Of a DNA stretch of 64,000 nt, positions 41,207 to 51,452 are shown one piece after another. Position 1 is the stretch's first letter. Each line of letters begins with the position of its first letter. The notes beneath the pieces were generated by a model. The model did not search any database, was not told the origin of the DNA, and saw nothing but the letters and a program-made list of their open reading frames with translations. Both the position numbers and the translations under genes were made by a program. This stretch comes from a virus, in IMG/VR virus record IMGVR_UViG_3300045996_002876, positions 42,315 through 106,314 of that record. One strand, given 5' to 3'.

Positions 41207-42259
41207 CAGTCGATCTCCAGGACGACGGGGCCGTGGACGTGGGCGGAGCACAGGACTTTGAACCGGGGGTCGCCCTCGACCTTCTCGGCGATGAAGTCGT
41301 CCAGACCCAGGTCGTCCTCGGGCTCCCGTTCGTCGTTCCACTCGCGGGCCATCTCCTCCAGGGCGTCCAGGTCCGTCTCGTCCTTGACGCCGACGATCCA
41401 GGGGGTGTAGGTGGGGTCCCCGTAGGAGGGGACGACGGCGGCGAACCGCCAGCTCTCGACGTTCATTCGGTCTCCTCCGGGTCGTACTCGGGCGGGGATC
41501 CGGCGGCCCGCCACCAGTCGGCGGGGTCGTCCCCAGGCCTCGGGGCGGGCTCGGCGTCGGCCCCGAACCAGTCGGCCGGCGGGCCGGGCGGGGCCTCGAG
41601 GGGGCGGGCGTCGGAGAGCCCGCGGGCGTACCCGGAGGCCCGGCCGGCCAGCCAGCCGAGGCCGGCGAACAGGGCGGCGACGGCCACGAGGCCGATGGCG
41701 ATGGGCACGGCGGGCTCCTTACAGGAGGGCTTCTTCAATCTCGGACCGGAACGGGACCCCGGGTTCGTCGGCGGCCTCGAAGACGGCCGCCCGGACGAGT
41801 TCGAGCAGGCCGAGGGCGTCGGCCATTCCCTTCCCCTCCCAGTTCCTGAACCGCCGGCCCGTCCGGTCCTCGACCAGCACGCACAGCGGGCAGGCCGGGT
41901 AGTCGTCGGCGTCCAGCCGGCTCTTGTGCCGGATCCGCCCGGACGGGATGTAGACCTCGGCCTCGCCGAAGGGGGTGTCCATGTCGGCCACGCCGAACTG
42001 GCCCTTGTACGGCCGCAGGGCGGCCAGGACGTCGTCGAAGGTCATGGGTCCCTCAGTCCAGGGTTTCGATGGTGATCCGGACCTTGCGGCCGGCGAAGTC
42101 GGTCAGGGCGTTGGCCCGCGGGCGGGGCAGGCACTCGATCACCTCTTCGCCGTCGACCGCCAGCCCGTACCGGGTGTCCCCGTCCATGCCGGCGTCGACG
42201 TACCAGTGGGTTTCCAGACGGCCCTCGTAGACGACCCGGACTTCTTTCTTCACGCTCAC
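41206..42259 (-). CDS. Hypothetical genes: 41206-41466, 41463-~41710 (TM), 41719-42045, 42053-42259
   Basis: Coupled ORFs. Confidence 0.55.
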
Positions 42260-42723
42260 GAGAACACCTCCGGGAGCTCCTGCCCCGCCCCGGCCGTGTA
42301 CGGCACGGCCGGGGCGGCCTCGAGGGCCCGCCGCCGATCGAGCTCCAGACCCAGCTCGAACCCGAGCTCCCGGAGGACCTCGTTCCGCGGGGCGTCGTCA
42401 AACCAGTTCAGGAGCCACCGGCAGGCGGCCGCCTCCCCCAGGGCCTGGTCGGCGTCGAAGCAGGCCCGGGCGAAGAACTCCTCGACATCGCCCACGGTCT
42501 CACACGCCGGGTCGGTGCCCCCCTTCCAGCCGCACCACCCGATCAGGCAGGCGGCCTCGCACGGCCAGTCCTGCACGCCCATGAGCGGGGGCGGGGTGGT
42601 CGTGCTCCCCTGGGTGAGGCGGGGGTCGTCGCGCTCGACGGCCCCCCGGAGGGCCTCCAGTCCCGCCGTCGGGAGGTGGGGGAAGAAGCCTTCGCGCAGG
42701 ACGACCCGCCAGGATTCTGCCAT
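42256..42723 (-). CDS. Conserved hypothetical protein of the type seen in Gemmataceae
   Basis: ESWR...R.G..P.L...GLEAL......DDPRL.QG.TTTPPPL..VQDWP.EAAC...CRW.LNWFD (family recalled, not searched). Confidence 0.65.
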   Translation of the reverse strand: MAESWRVVLREGFFPHLPTAGLEALRGAVERDDPRLTQGSTTTPPPLMGVQDWPCEAACLIGWCGWKGGTDPACETVGDVEEFFARACFDADQALGEAAACRWLLNWFDDAPRNEVLRELGFELGLELDRRRALEAAPAVPYTAGAGQELPEVFS

Positions 42724-42766
42724 CGTCGGTCTCCGGTTGGGGGCGGGCCGGCCGGGCCCACTTTGG

Positions 42767-43267
42767 TCAGACGGCCACGCCCCGGGCGGCCAGTCGGGCC
42801 AGGCCGACGGCCAGGTACTCCTGGCACAGCCGGACGGACCGGAACCCGATCCAGCTCGGGTTCTTGTGGGTGACCACCTCGGCCGTGTGCAGGAAGGGGT
42901 CCCAGGAGTCCCCGGCCGGGGCCGGGAGGGCGGCCGCGACGGCCTCGAACAGGGGGTCCGGGAGGTCCTGCGACCGGCCCAGGGGATCGTACCCCCGGCC
43001 CATCAGGTAGGCCGGGAACTGGCCGTCCCGGAGGTGGGCCGCGTTGTCCAGGTGGGGGCACTTGCCCCGGTCGGCCAGCCACCGGAGGGCGGCGGCGTAC
43101 TCGGGGTCGCCCTCGAGATCGACCCAGTCGGCGTAGACCCGCCGGGCGTCCTGGTCGGGCGGGACCCGGCGGAGGGCCGTTTCGTGCAGGCGACTCCGGT
43201 AGGCCCGGCGGCGGAACAGTTCGGCCGGGAGGACGACCCCTTCGGGCGGGAGCGGGGGCGGGGGCAT
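42767..43267 (-). CDS. TIGR02996-domain protein
   Basis: PDQDARRVYADWVDLEGDPEYA.ALR. Confidence 0.65.
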   Translation of the reverse strand: MPPPPLPPEGVVLPAELFRRRAYRSRLHETALRRVPPDQDARRVYADWVDLEGDPEYAAALRWLADRGKCPHLDNAAHLRDGQFPAYLMGRGYDPLGRSQDLPDPLFEAVAAALPAPAGDSWDPFLHTAEVVTHKNPSWIGFRSVRLCQEYLAVGLARLAARGVAV

Positions 43268-43279
43268 GTCAGTCTCCGG

Positions 43280-44665
43280 TCAGGCGGTTTGGGGCACGCA
43301 CGGGGCCGGATTCGCGAGTTCCAGGACCTTCGCGCGCAGGGCGTGGTTGTCCCGCACGACCTGGTTCTTGGCCTCGACCAGGGCGTTCAGGCGGGCCAGG
43401 ACCTCGGCACACTGGGCCGGGGTCAGGGTCAGGGGGAGGCCCCAGGCGGCGTGGGCTTCCAGGGCCTGGAGGGGGGTCACGACGGGTCCTCGTCGGGGTC
43501 GGCCCGGAACGGGTTCTCGGCGGCCGGGGTGACGAGCCAGCCGGCCACCGCCAGGGCGAGGACGACCGGGGCCAGGAGGACGGCGAGCAGGCGGGCCGGG
43601 GTCACGGGGCCTCCTTGGCTGGGGCGTAGGAGACGGTCACGTCGACGGGAATGACGGGGTAGTCGGTCCGGAACTGGATCGTTTTTCGGGCGTTGTGGTG
43701 GAAGGCCAGAAAAGAAAACGCGGTCCGGTCGGTCGACTCCGTTACGACGCGGGTGTACACGTCGAGCCCGTAGCGGAAGCTGCTCCCCTCGGGGACCTCC
43801 CTCGCCAGGATGGGGCTCTGGGCCTCGTTCTCCACGATGTTGTACCGGGTCTTCACGGGGCCCTCCTGGGGCGACTGGGGTTTAGGAGCCGGTCCGTTCG
43901 CGGGTGTACTCGGCCCGCGTGCGGGCGGGGTCGGTGGCCGACCCCGCCCGGTATTTTTGTTTGGCACTTCGTCTCATGAATATCTCCGGTCAGGGGTACG
44001 CGGGCACGGTTTCGACCCGGGCGGCCAGGGCCCGGGCGACCGGGTCCAGGGTGTGCTCGACGGCGGCGGCCAGGGCGTCGTACTCGTCGGCCCCTTCGAG
44101 CTCGTCGAGGGCCAGTTCCAGGGTTTGCAGGGCGGCCTCCAGCAGGCGGGCGGCGCGGGCGTAGTTCCTCTCGTCGGGCATGTCAGCCGCCCACCCACAC
44201 GTACCCCTGTTCGGGGAGGTCGCCCGTCCGCTCCTCGGGCTTGATGTCGGCCGCCCGGATTACCAGGACGTCAGGTTGATTCAGGTACTGGTCGAGGGTG
44301 TGGTAGCCCTTCGAGGCGAGGATTGGGGTATCGACCTCGTACCCGGGAGGCGGGGCCTCCCCGTCTTCGAGGTACAGCTTCCTCCGGATGGTCGGGTCGT
44401 CGTTGGCGAACAGCCCGCTCGACCGGCGGGGCGTTTTCAGGTTCCGACACCCGCGGTGGAACCCGGTCAGTTGGGCCAGGTCGTCGTGGGACGAGACCGA
44501 GTAGTCCGCCCCACAGCACGTGCAAGACACCCGGTCGGGGCTGTGGCCGAAGCGGTTGTAAAAGATCAACCGGGCCTCCGCCTCGGGGGCCTCGATGTAG
44601 CAGTGGGTGAAGTTTTCCTTCCGCCCGCCGCCTGAATTCATGTCCCAGAAGTGGGTCCATGTCAT
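43280..44665 (-). CDS. Hypothetical genes: 43280-43480, 43477-43605 (TM), 43602-43856 (SH3-like), 43990-44181, 44183-44665
   Basis: Co-oriented ORFs with SD sequences or overlaps. Confidence 0.55.
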
Positions 44666-44746
44666 TTCTGAAGTCTCCGGGCCGGGCGGGTAAATTCCCA
44701 CCGGGTGATTTTGGGCTCGCCACCGACACGCGTCACTTTGTCCGGC

Positions 44747-45220
44747 TCACCACAGGTCCTCGGCCCCGGCGGGCAGGCGGTAGGCGAACCGGATCCCGTC
44801 CTCGTCTTCAAAGTGGCCGGGCAGGAGGCGGGTGGCCACGAAGTCCTGGGCCCGCAGGAACAGCTGGGCGTCCAGGCTCGTCTCCGGGACGGTCAGCCCC
44901 AGGCGGGTCCGGCGGTGGCCGGCCAGCTTGCCCTTGAGCTTGTCGAGGAGCTGGGTCCCGACCCCCTGCCGCCGGCGGTCCGGGCGGACGGCCAGGGTGA
45001 GGACCTCGAGCTTCGTCTTGTGGGGCGAGTAGACCACGTGGCCGACCAGGTCGTCCCCGGCCTCGGCCACCATCCCGATCGTGTTCCGCTCCCGGAGGGC
45101 GTCCAGGAAGTTGTTCTCGGTCCACCGGTCCGGGGCGGTGTCGGCGATCGGGAGGACGAACGGCATGTCCCTTCTAATCATCCAACGGATGTGCGTACGA
45201 AGGTGGGGTTTGGTCAGCAT
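44747..45220 (-). CDS. RimI-like GNAT N-acetyltransferase (planctomycete type)
   Basis: HIRWMIRRDMP, W.E..F...LR.RN.IGMVAE, AV.P..RRQGVG and AQLF. Confidence 0.85.
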   Translation of the reverse strand: MLTKPHLRTHIRWMIRRDMPFVLPIADTAPDRWTENNFLDALRERNTIGMVAEAGDDLVGHVVYSPHKTKLEVLTLAVRPDRRRQGVGTQLLDKLKGKLAGHRRTRLGLTVPETSLDAQLFLRAQDFVATRLLPGHFEDEDGIRFAYRLPAGAEDLW

Positions 45221-45689
45221 GTCACCCTCGTGGGTTGGGTCCGGAGGCGGATGTAGTCCCGGACGATCTGCATGAGGGCCCAGTCGTCCCCGCTGAAGGG
45301 GTCGCCCTCCTTCAGGAGCCGGGCCTCGAGGTCCCGGGCGGAAGTCAGGAGTTCGTCGTCGGTCACGTCTTGGCCCTCCGGTACCCGACCCGTACGGCCA
45401 CCTCGCCGGGGGCGGTGTCCTCGAACAGCAGGGGCAGGGCCCCCAGGTTGGCCCGGACGACCGGGACGCCCTGGGCGTCCCGCGACCGCCGGCCGTAGGC
45501 GATCCCGACTTCTTTTCCGGTCTTCAGGCACTTGACCAGGACGTCGTGGGTCTGGAGGTCGACCACGTCCTCGGCCCAGCGGCACCACAGGAGGTCCGAC
45601 CGGCTCCGGAGGACCAGGAGGGCGGCCCCGTACGGGCCGACGGCCTCCCCGCGGGCGGTCACCGCCAGCCGGGCGATGGTCTGCCCCAC
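45214..45689 (-). CDS. Two hypothetical genes (45214-45366, 45363-45689)
   Basis: Coupled ORFs. Confidence 0.5.
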
Positions 45690-45725
45690 AAAAAAAGGGG
45701 GCCGTCGGGCCGTACGGCCCGACGG
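45690..45725 (-). terminator. Hairpin + U-tract (terminator or attenuator)
   Basis: Perfect palindrome ccgtcgggccgtacggcccgacgg followed by T7 on the minus strand. Confidence 0.6.
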
Positions 45726-45729
45726 GTTC

Positions 45730-45758
45730 AGGTTACTGGGCACGCTCTTGGGAGTCAA
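45730..45758 (-). promoter_or_regulatory. Sigma70-type promoter
   Basis: TTGACT-17 bp-TAACCT. Confidence 0.6.
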
Positions 45759-45776
45759 GGAAAAGTTCTTGACTTC

Positions 45777-46334
45777 TCAGGACCCCTTCTTCTCGACCTT
45801 CGAGGCGTCCAGCTTGAGGTCGGCCGCGCGGGTGACCTTGATCTGGGGCTTCTCGTTGTACGTCTGGTACTCGCCCCGGACGGACACGGTCTGCCCCTTG
45901 AGGGCCCGGAAGTTGACGGCGGCCAGCTCGGGGGCGGCCTTCAGGTCGATGAAGGCGGACATGGTCGCCTGCTTGTGGTCGGCGTGGTTGTTCAGGACGA
46001 CGAACCCGTCCCGCTTGAGGAACGACCCGACGACCATCTCGACCTCCTTGACCTCGCCGGTCGACCGGGTCTTGGACGGGGCGGCGGCCGGCAGGCCGGC
46101 CTCGGCCACCGGGACGAGCTTGTCCGAGGACGGGTACAGGCCGTACCCGGCGGCCAGGACGGCGGCGACGGCCGCCCCGACGGCCCACGGGTGCTTCTTC
46201 ACGATCGGCCGGGCCCGGTCCATCCCGGCCCGGAACGTGTTCTTCACCTGCTCCATCCGCCGGGCCACCTGGGCCGGGGCCTGGATGTCGCCGTTCGGGG
46301 TCACGTCGATCTGGCTGTTGACGCGGTCGCTCAT
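45777..46334 (-). CDS. Membrane-anchored OB-fold protein
   Basis: TM helix, then GQTVSVRGEYQTYNEKPQI OB-fold pattern. Confidence 0.7.
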   Translation of the reverse strand: MSDRVNSQIDVTPNGDIQAPAQVARRMEQVKNTFRAGMDRARPIVKKHPWAVGAAVAAVLAAGYGLYPSSDKLVPVAEAGLPAAAPSKTRSTGEVKEVEMVVGSFLKRDGFVVLNNHADHKQATMSAFIDLKAAPELAAVNFRALKGQTVSVRGEYQTYNEKPQIKVTRAADLKLDASKVEKKGS

Positions 46335-46368
46335 GGGAGCCTCTGAGAGTGGGGTGTGGGGTGCTTGC

Positions 46369-46402
46369 GGGGGAGGGAAGGACGTACGTCCTTCCCTCCC
46401 CC
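46369..46402. repeat. Perfect 34-bp palindrome
   Basis: gggggagggaaggacgt|acgtccttccctccccc. Confidence 0.85.
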
Positions 46403-46465
46403 TGTCTGTGCATGCCGGCCGGGTCCACTTTGAACCCGACTTACGCTACTATCTTCAAGCAAGGA

Positions 46466-47038
46466 TCAGAAGGGAATCTCGTCTCCCTGGCTCTCCGCCC
46501 CGGCCGGTTCCTCCGTCGGGGCCTGGGCGGTCCCGCGGGGCCCGGCCGGGCGGCCCTCGCCGGGGGCCAGCTTGGGGGTGAACACCTTGCGGCCCTGCCA
46601 GTGCGGCCCCTTCGGGCCGGGGTTCCGGATCGGCCAGAGCTGGAACAGCTCGCCCCCGTCCCGCTCGGTGGCCGGGAAGAGGGTGGTGTTCAGGTACTCG
46701 GTCCCGTCGTCGGCCGTGTTCAGCCAGAAGCTGTTCCAGTAGATCTCGGGGCCGAACTCCTTCTTCTGCCGCTGCTCCTCGGTCACCTGCTGGCTGAGCT
46801 TGGAGTAGAACTGGGGGGCTTTCGGGTTGGCCTCCCGGCCGGGCTCGGGCTTGCTCGGGAAGATGGCCAGCCGGGCCCGGCCGTAGGCCCCGGTGATGAT
46901 GACGATCCCGGCGGCCGTCGGGGTGTCCCAGAAGACGCCGCACGGGTACGACGGGAGGGTCGGGCGGTCGGCGTCGGCCGGCCGGGGGGCGGCCCCGGCG
47001 GCCTGGGGGTTGCGCATGCGCTCGAGCAGGGTGGACAT
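46466..47038 (-). CDS. DUF736-like protein with SSB-like acidic tail
   Basis: Repeated G.FW / NPKAP / W......G.EYL units; ends GDEIPF. Confidence 0.5.
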   Translation of the reverse strand: MSTLLERMRNPQAAGAAPRPADADRPTLPSYPCGVFWDTPTAAGIVIITGAYGRARLAIFPSKPEPGREANPKAPQFYSKLSQQVTEEQRQKKEFGPEIYWNSFWLNTADDGTEYLNTTLFPATERDGGELFQLWPIRNPGPKGPHWQGRKVFTPKLAPGEGRPAGPRGTAQAPTEEPAGAESQGDEIPF

Positions 47039-47136
47039 GGTCTCTCCGGTGTGGGGGAGGGTGGAAACGGGTACGGGCGGCCGGCCCCCGAGGGTTGGGG
47101 ATTCCGGACCGCCCGCGTGGTTCACCGACGGGGGAC

Positions 47137-49731
47137 TTACTTTTGCCCGGCCGGTACCCCGTACAGGGCCGTGCGGCGGAGGCGGCGGTAGTGACTGTAC
47201 CGGACCCGCCCGGCGGCCCGGAAGCGGGTCACGTCCCCCGGCCGCTCGCGGCGGGCCAGGATCCGGCGGGCCTTGGCGGCCGTCCGCGGGTTGGCGGACT
47301 GGGCCAGGACGTACAGGCGGGTGAGGGCCAGGGGGCGGGCGATCGGCTCCTTGGCCGGCGGGGCCTCGGTGGTCCGGACGACCTGGGCCGGGCGGGCGAT
47401 GCCCGTGGCCCGTTCGACGCACTTCCGGGCCAGGTCCAGGTAGGCGTCCCGGCGGTCCGGGCGGGCCTTGGCCAGGTCGGTGTACTTCTTCCACAGGAGG
47501 CGGTACGACTCGAGGATTCGGGCGTCCAGCGGGTCGCGGGCGACGACCTTCCTCGGCGGCGGCGGGGCGACCGGGCCGGCCATGGACGCGAGGTCGACGG
47601 GGGCGGGTCCCCCCTTCGTGCCGCGGACCGCGTCGTGGACGGTGGCGTGGGCCGCCCGTATCTCGGCCGTGAAGTCGGCGACCACGTCGTCGGGCAGGCC
47701 GGCCTCCCGGACCCGGCGGTCCAGGGTGTCCAGGTGGGCGGCGATCCGGGCCTCGGCCTCGGCCTCCGGGGAGGCGAACGCCTCGGGGGCGAACCGGTGG
47801 TCGGCCGCGTACGCCCCGGCGGAGCCGAACAGGGCCTCGGGGGCGAAGGCCAGCTTCTCCCACCGCTCCTCGGCCAGGAGCTGGCGGACGGTCTGGAGCT
47901 CGGCCCAGCACCGTTTCCAGGTGCCCCAGGCGGTCGCCGGGCAGTCGAGCGGCTTGGGCCGCAGGTGGACGGCCTTCCCGCCCTCCCCCTTGAACGACCG
48001 GGGCGGGACGTAGGCCCCGTTCTTCCGGTCGAACCAGAGGAACTTGGCCAGGGCCCGCTCGGGCAGGGGCACGTCGGCCGGCACGGCCATGAGTTTCCGG
48101 CGGGCCGAGCGGCTCGGGAGGGAGTCGGGCCGGCTGGTCTTGTTGACGAACAGGCTCCGCTCGGATCCGTCCGGGAGGGTCCAGGTTAGCCACTGGCCCC
48201 CGCGGGCGTACACCCAGAGTTTCCGTTCGTCCCGCGACATGCCCTCGGACCGGCCGGGGACCACGGCCTTCTTGTCGCCGTCCCAGTGGCGGTTCCACTG
48301 CGACAGCGGGCAGAAGTCCTCGGCGACGGTCCACGGACGGAGGGGTTTCGGGACGAACGTGTCGTCCTTGAGCTCGACCAGCTCGGCCTCGTCGAACGCC
48401 AGGACCCCCCGCTCGTCGGCGACCCGGTAGCACCCGGCCGGCTGGTCGGCCACGTCGTGCGCGACCCCGTGGGCCTCGAGCTGGGCGACGATCGCGGGCA
48501 GGTGGTCGGCGGTCGGGTGGAAGTCCCACTCCTCGTAGCTGGCCAGGCCCTCGGGGACGGGGAGGTAGGCGGTGACCGGGTTGGGGTCGGCCGCCCCCTT
48601 GCGGCGGGGCTCGCCGGCCCGCCGGCGGAGGTCCCCCCGGCCGCTCACCTGCCCGCACGTGACGAACGGGCTCGGGTCGTCGTCCACCCGCGGGGCCGTC
48701 TTGCGGCGGAGGAGGGTCGACCCCTCGTGGTACTTGCGGAGCTTGACCTTCCGGCCGTCCGGGGTCTCGTGGTCGAACGTCCGCCCCTGGTCCCGCAGGT
48801 TGGCCATGGCCGGGTCGTCGACCGAGCCCATGAAGGTGGCGTCCCAGAGGACCTCGTCGGCCTTCTCCAGGGGGACCTGGCGGCGGGGGCCCTTGGGGTT
48901 CTTCTTGACCCAGGCCGGGTGGTCGGGCCGCTCGAACGGCTCGTGGGCGGACAGCTCGCCCTGGGTCCGGACGTCCTGGGCCTCGGCCCATCGGTCGAGT
49001 TGGGCCCGCAGGCCGGCCCCGCCGCCGTACCGGTGGCGGAGGTACGTGCGGAGGTTCTCGAGCAGGTTCCACCCGTTCTCGGTCGTCCGCCCGTCGACGG
49101 CGAAGTGGTTCCCGCGGTCGAGGAGTAGGGCGTACTCGGCCAGGAGGGAGTCGAGGCCGGCGGCCGACAGGTCGGCGAAGGCGTACCCGGCCCGCCAGTT
49201 GGTCCGGCGGGGGAGGCGGTCGACGATCCAGTCGGGGAACGACCAGCGGGCGCTGAACCGCCAGTTACACTTCGGGTTCCGGGTCGCCGTGAGCCAGGCC
49301 CCCAGGGCCCGGACGGCGGGCGGGACGGCCAGGGGGCTGGTGACGGCGTAGAAGGTGTCGGGGAGGGCGGCCCCGGGGCGGACGAGGACGGCCTTCAGGG
49401 GGATGACGTCGGGCTCGGCCTGGGCGAACAGGAGGTCCTCCCAGCGGTCCGGGGACGGGGTTTTGACCACGTCGAGGAGGGTGGTCGTCCGGCCGGACTT
49501 CCGGGGGCTGGTGTCGAGCCACTTGAGGAGGTCGAGGTCGGGGGTGTCGGACCCCCAGGTCAGGAGGCGGACCTTGTTCTTGGTGAACGTCTTGTCGACC
49601 TCGAACGGGTCGCCGGCGACGAAGGCCCTGGGGCCGGCGTGGACGCGGGTGTCCGGGCGGGCCCCGACGGCGGCCTCCCGGTAGTCGGGGGTGAAGGTGA
49701 ACTCCCCGTGGGTGACGGCGTGCGTGCTCAT
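47137..49731 (-). CDS. Large orphan protein (864 aa)
   Basis: Long ORF with normal composition and SD GGAG; no confident family. Confidence 0.8.
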   Translation of the reverse strand: MSTHAVTHGEFTFTPDYREAAVGARPDTRVHAGPRAFVAGDPFEVDKTFTKNKVRLLTWGSDTPDLDLLKWLDTSPRKSGRTTTLLDVVKTPSPDRWEDLLFAQAEPDVIPLKAVLVRPGAALPDTFYAVTSPLAVPPAVRALGAWLTATRNPKCNWRFSARWSFPDWIVDRLPRRTNWRAGYAFADLSAAGLDSLLAEYALLLDRGNHFAVDGRTTENGWNLLENLRTYLRHRYGGGAGLRAQLDRWAEAQDVRTQGELSAHEPFERPDHPAWVKKNPKGPRRQVPLEKADEVLWDATFMGSVDDPAMANLRDQGRTFDHETPDGRKVKLRKYHEGSTLLRRKTAPRVDDDPSPFVTCGQVSGRGDLRRRAGEPRRKGAADPNPVTAYLPVPEGLASYEEWDFHPTADHLPAIVAQLEAHGVAHDVADQPAGCYRVADERGVLAFDEAELVELKDDTFVPKPLRPWTVAEDFCPLSQWNRHWDGDKKAVVPGRSEGMSRDERKLWVYARGGQWLTWTLPDGSERSLFVNKTSRPDSLPSRSARRKLMAVPADVPLPERALAKFLWFDRKNGAYVPPRSFKGEGGKAVHLRPKPLDCPATAWGTWKRCWAELQTVRQLLAEERWEKLAFAPEALFGSAGAYAADHRFAPEAFASPEAEAEARIAAHLDTLDRRVREAGLPDDVVADFTAEIRAAHATVHDAVRGTKGGPAPVDLASMAGPVAPPPPRKVVARDPLDARILESYRLLWKKYTDLAKARPDRRDAYLDLARKCVERATGIARPAQVVRTTEAPPAKEPIARPLALTRLYVLAQSANPRTAAKARRILARRERPGDVTRFRAAGRVRYSHYRRLRRTALYGVPAGQK

Positions 49732-49792
49732 GCGACTCTCCGTGTGGTGTGTGAGGGGGCGAGTTTGGGCGGTTACTTTTGACCCGCCCCGG

Positions 49793-51452
49793 TCAGCGGG
49801 CGAGCATGTCCAGGAGGGCCTTGGGGACGAACCGGGTGGGTAGGGGGACGCTTCGGGCCTTCGGCTTGCGGGTGCCCCCGGTTCGGGACATGGTGTGGAA
49901 ACGGTTCTTCATCCCGTACTTTCGGAGGGTGTACGTGCCCGGCGGGAGGTTCCACTGGCCGGTGGTGTCGAAGATCGGAATGGCCTTGGCTAGGGCCGCC
50001 GGGGTTCGGAACCGGATGACTTCGGTCTTGGTCACCACCTTCGAGATCTGCGGGCCGATGAATACCCCCTGGAGGAAGTCGCCGAAGGTGTCCTGGAGGG
50101 CTCGTGCGACGACACACTTACACGGGTCCCCGGGCTCGGCCTCGCGGGCGTGTTTCTCCTTGATGGCGAAGGTGATCGGCTTGGTGGCGTCCTTGAGGGG
50201 GAGCTCTCGCCAGTCGACCCCGTTCTCGTGGGCGACGGCCTCGGATTTCGTTCGGGGGGCGGCGGGTTTGCGGGCGGCGGCGGCCATGGGAGACTCCTGG
50301 GGTTGGGTGTGTGGTCCGGGTCACCTGGGGGCGGGTTACTTTTCCGGTTCCGCCTCCAGGGGGTACAGGTCCGACAGGCGGACGGGCGACTCGTACCCGG
50401 GCATGCCGGGGCGGTTCGGGTAGTCGGGCTCGGCCGGGGCGGCCTTCGGGGGGCCGAGGCCGGACCCGGCGGCCAGGACGGCGAACAGGACCATGACGAG
50501 GCACAGGAGGGCGGCCAGGTCGGTGAACCGGCGGTCGGTCATGACATCCTCCGGGGGCTGAAGTGACGAAGGCCTGGGTCGCCTAATGCGACCCAGGCCT
50601 TCGGCTGGGGGTTTCCGGGGTTCGTTCGGTCAGCCGTTGTAGGTCCCGGTCCGGATGTATTCGCCGGGGGTGGCGTGGGCGGGGACGAGCTCGTACACGT
50701 CCGGGGCGTCGCCGTGGAGGTCGAGGACGTTGGCGACCCGCTGGAGGAAGTCGCAGAGCTTCCGGGTGTCCCAGGGCCGGAGTTTGAACCGGACGAGGGA
50801 CGGGGTCTCTTTCGAGATCGTTGTCTCCGTGAGGGCGTGCTCCTTGCACATTTCGAGGAACTCGGCCTTGGCGGCGTCGAGGTCCTTGCCGAATCGGCCG
50901 ACCTCGACACGGGCCTGGCCGATCGCGTACAGGGATGTGAACGTCATCGGGTCTTGTCTCCGGGGTACAGGTGGGTCCCGGTCGAGTCGGTGTCGACCAG
51001 GCCCCGCCGCTGGAGGCGGTGGAGGGTGTCGGCCAGTCGGGCCCAGCGGCGGACGTTGAACTCGGTGTACAGGGTCCGGACGGGGAGCTGTCGCTTCTCG
51101 CGGACGAAGGCCAGGACGCGGGCGGCGGTCGGGGCGGCCCGGCTGGGGCGGGCGGCCGGGGCGGGGAGGGTCAGGTTCATGGGAGGCTTCCGTGGGGTTC
51201 CCTTGGGGTCCACCTCCCCGGTGGTCACTTTGGCCCCGGCTTCCACCGGTCGTGGAGAACCAGGACCTCCCAGAAGCCCAGCTTGACCCACAGGCGGTAC
51301 CAGCGGACGTCGGTCTTGGTCACCGTCCCCGAGTTGTCGCGGAGGGCGGTCGCCGAGTCCCGGCAGGCCCCGACCCCGAACTCGATCCTGGGCATTTGCT
51401 CAGTCGTGTCCTCCCGGATCGGGAGGAGGCGGATTCGGGTCGAGCTGGCCAT
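49793..51452 (-). CDS. Hypothetical genes: 49793-50287, 50336-50542 (TM), 50630-50947, 50944-51180 (wHTH-like), 51225-51452
   Basis: ORFs with SD sequences. Confidence 0.6.
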
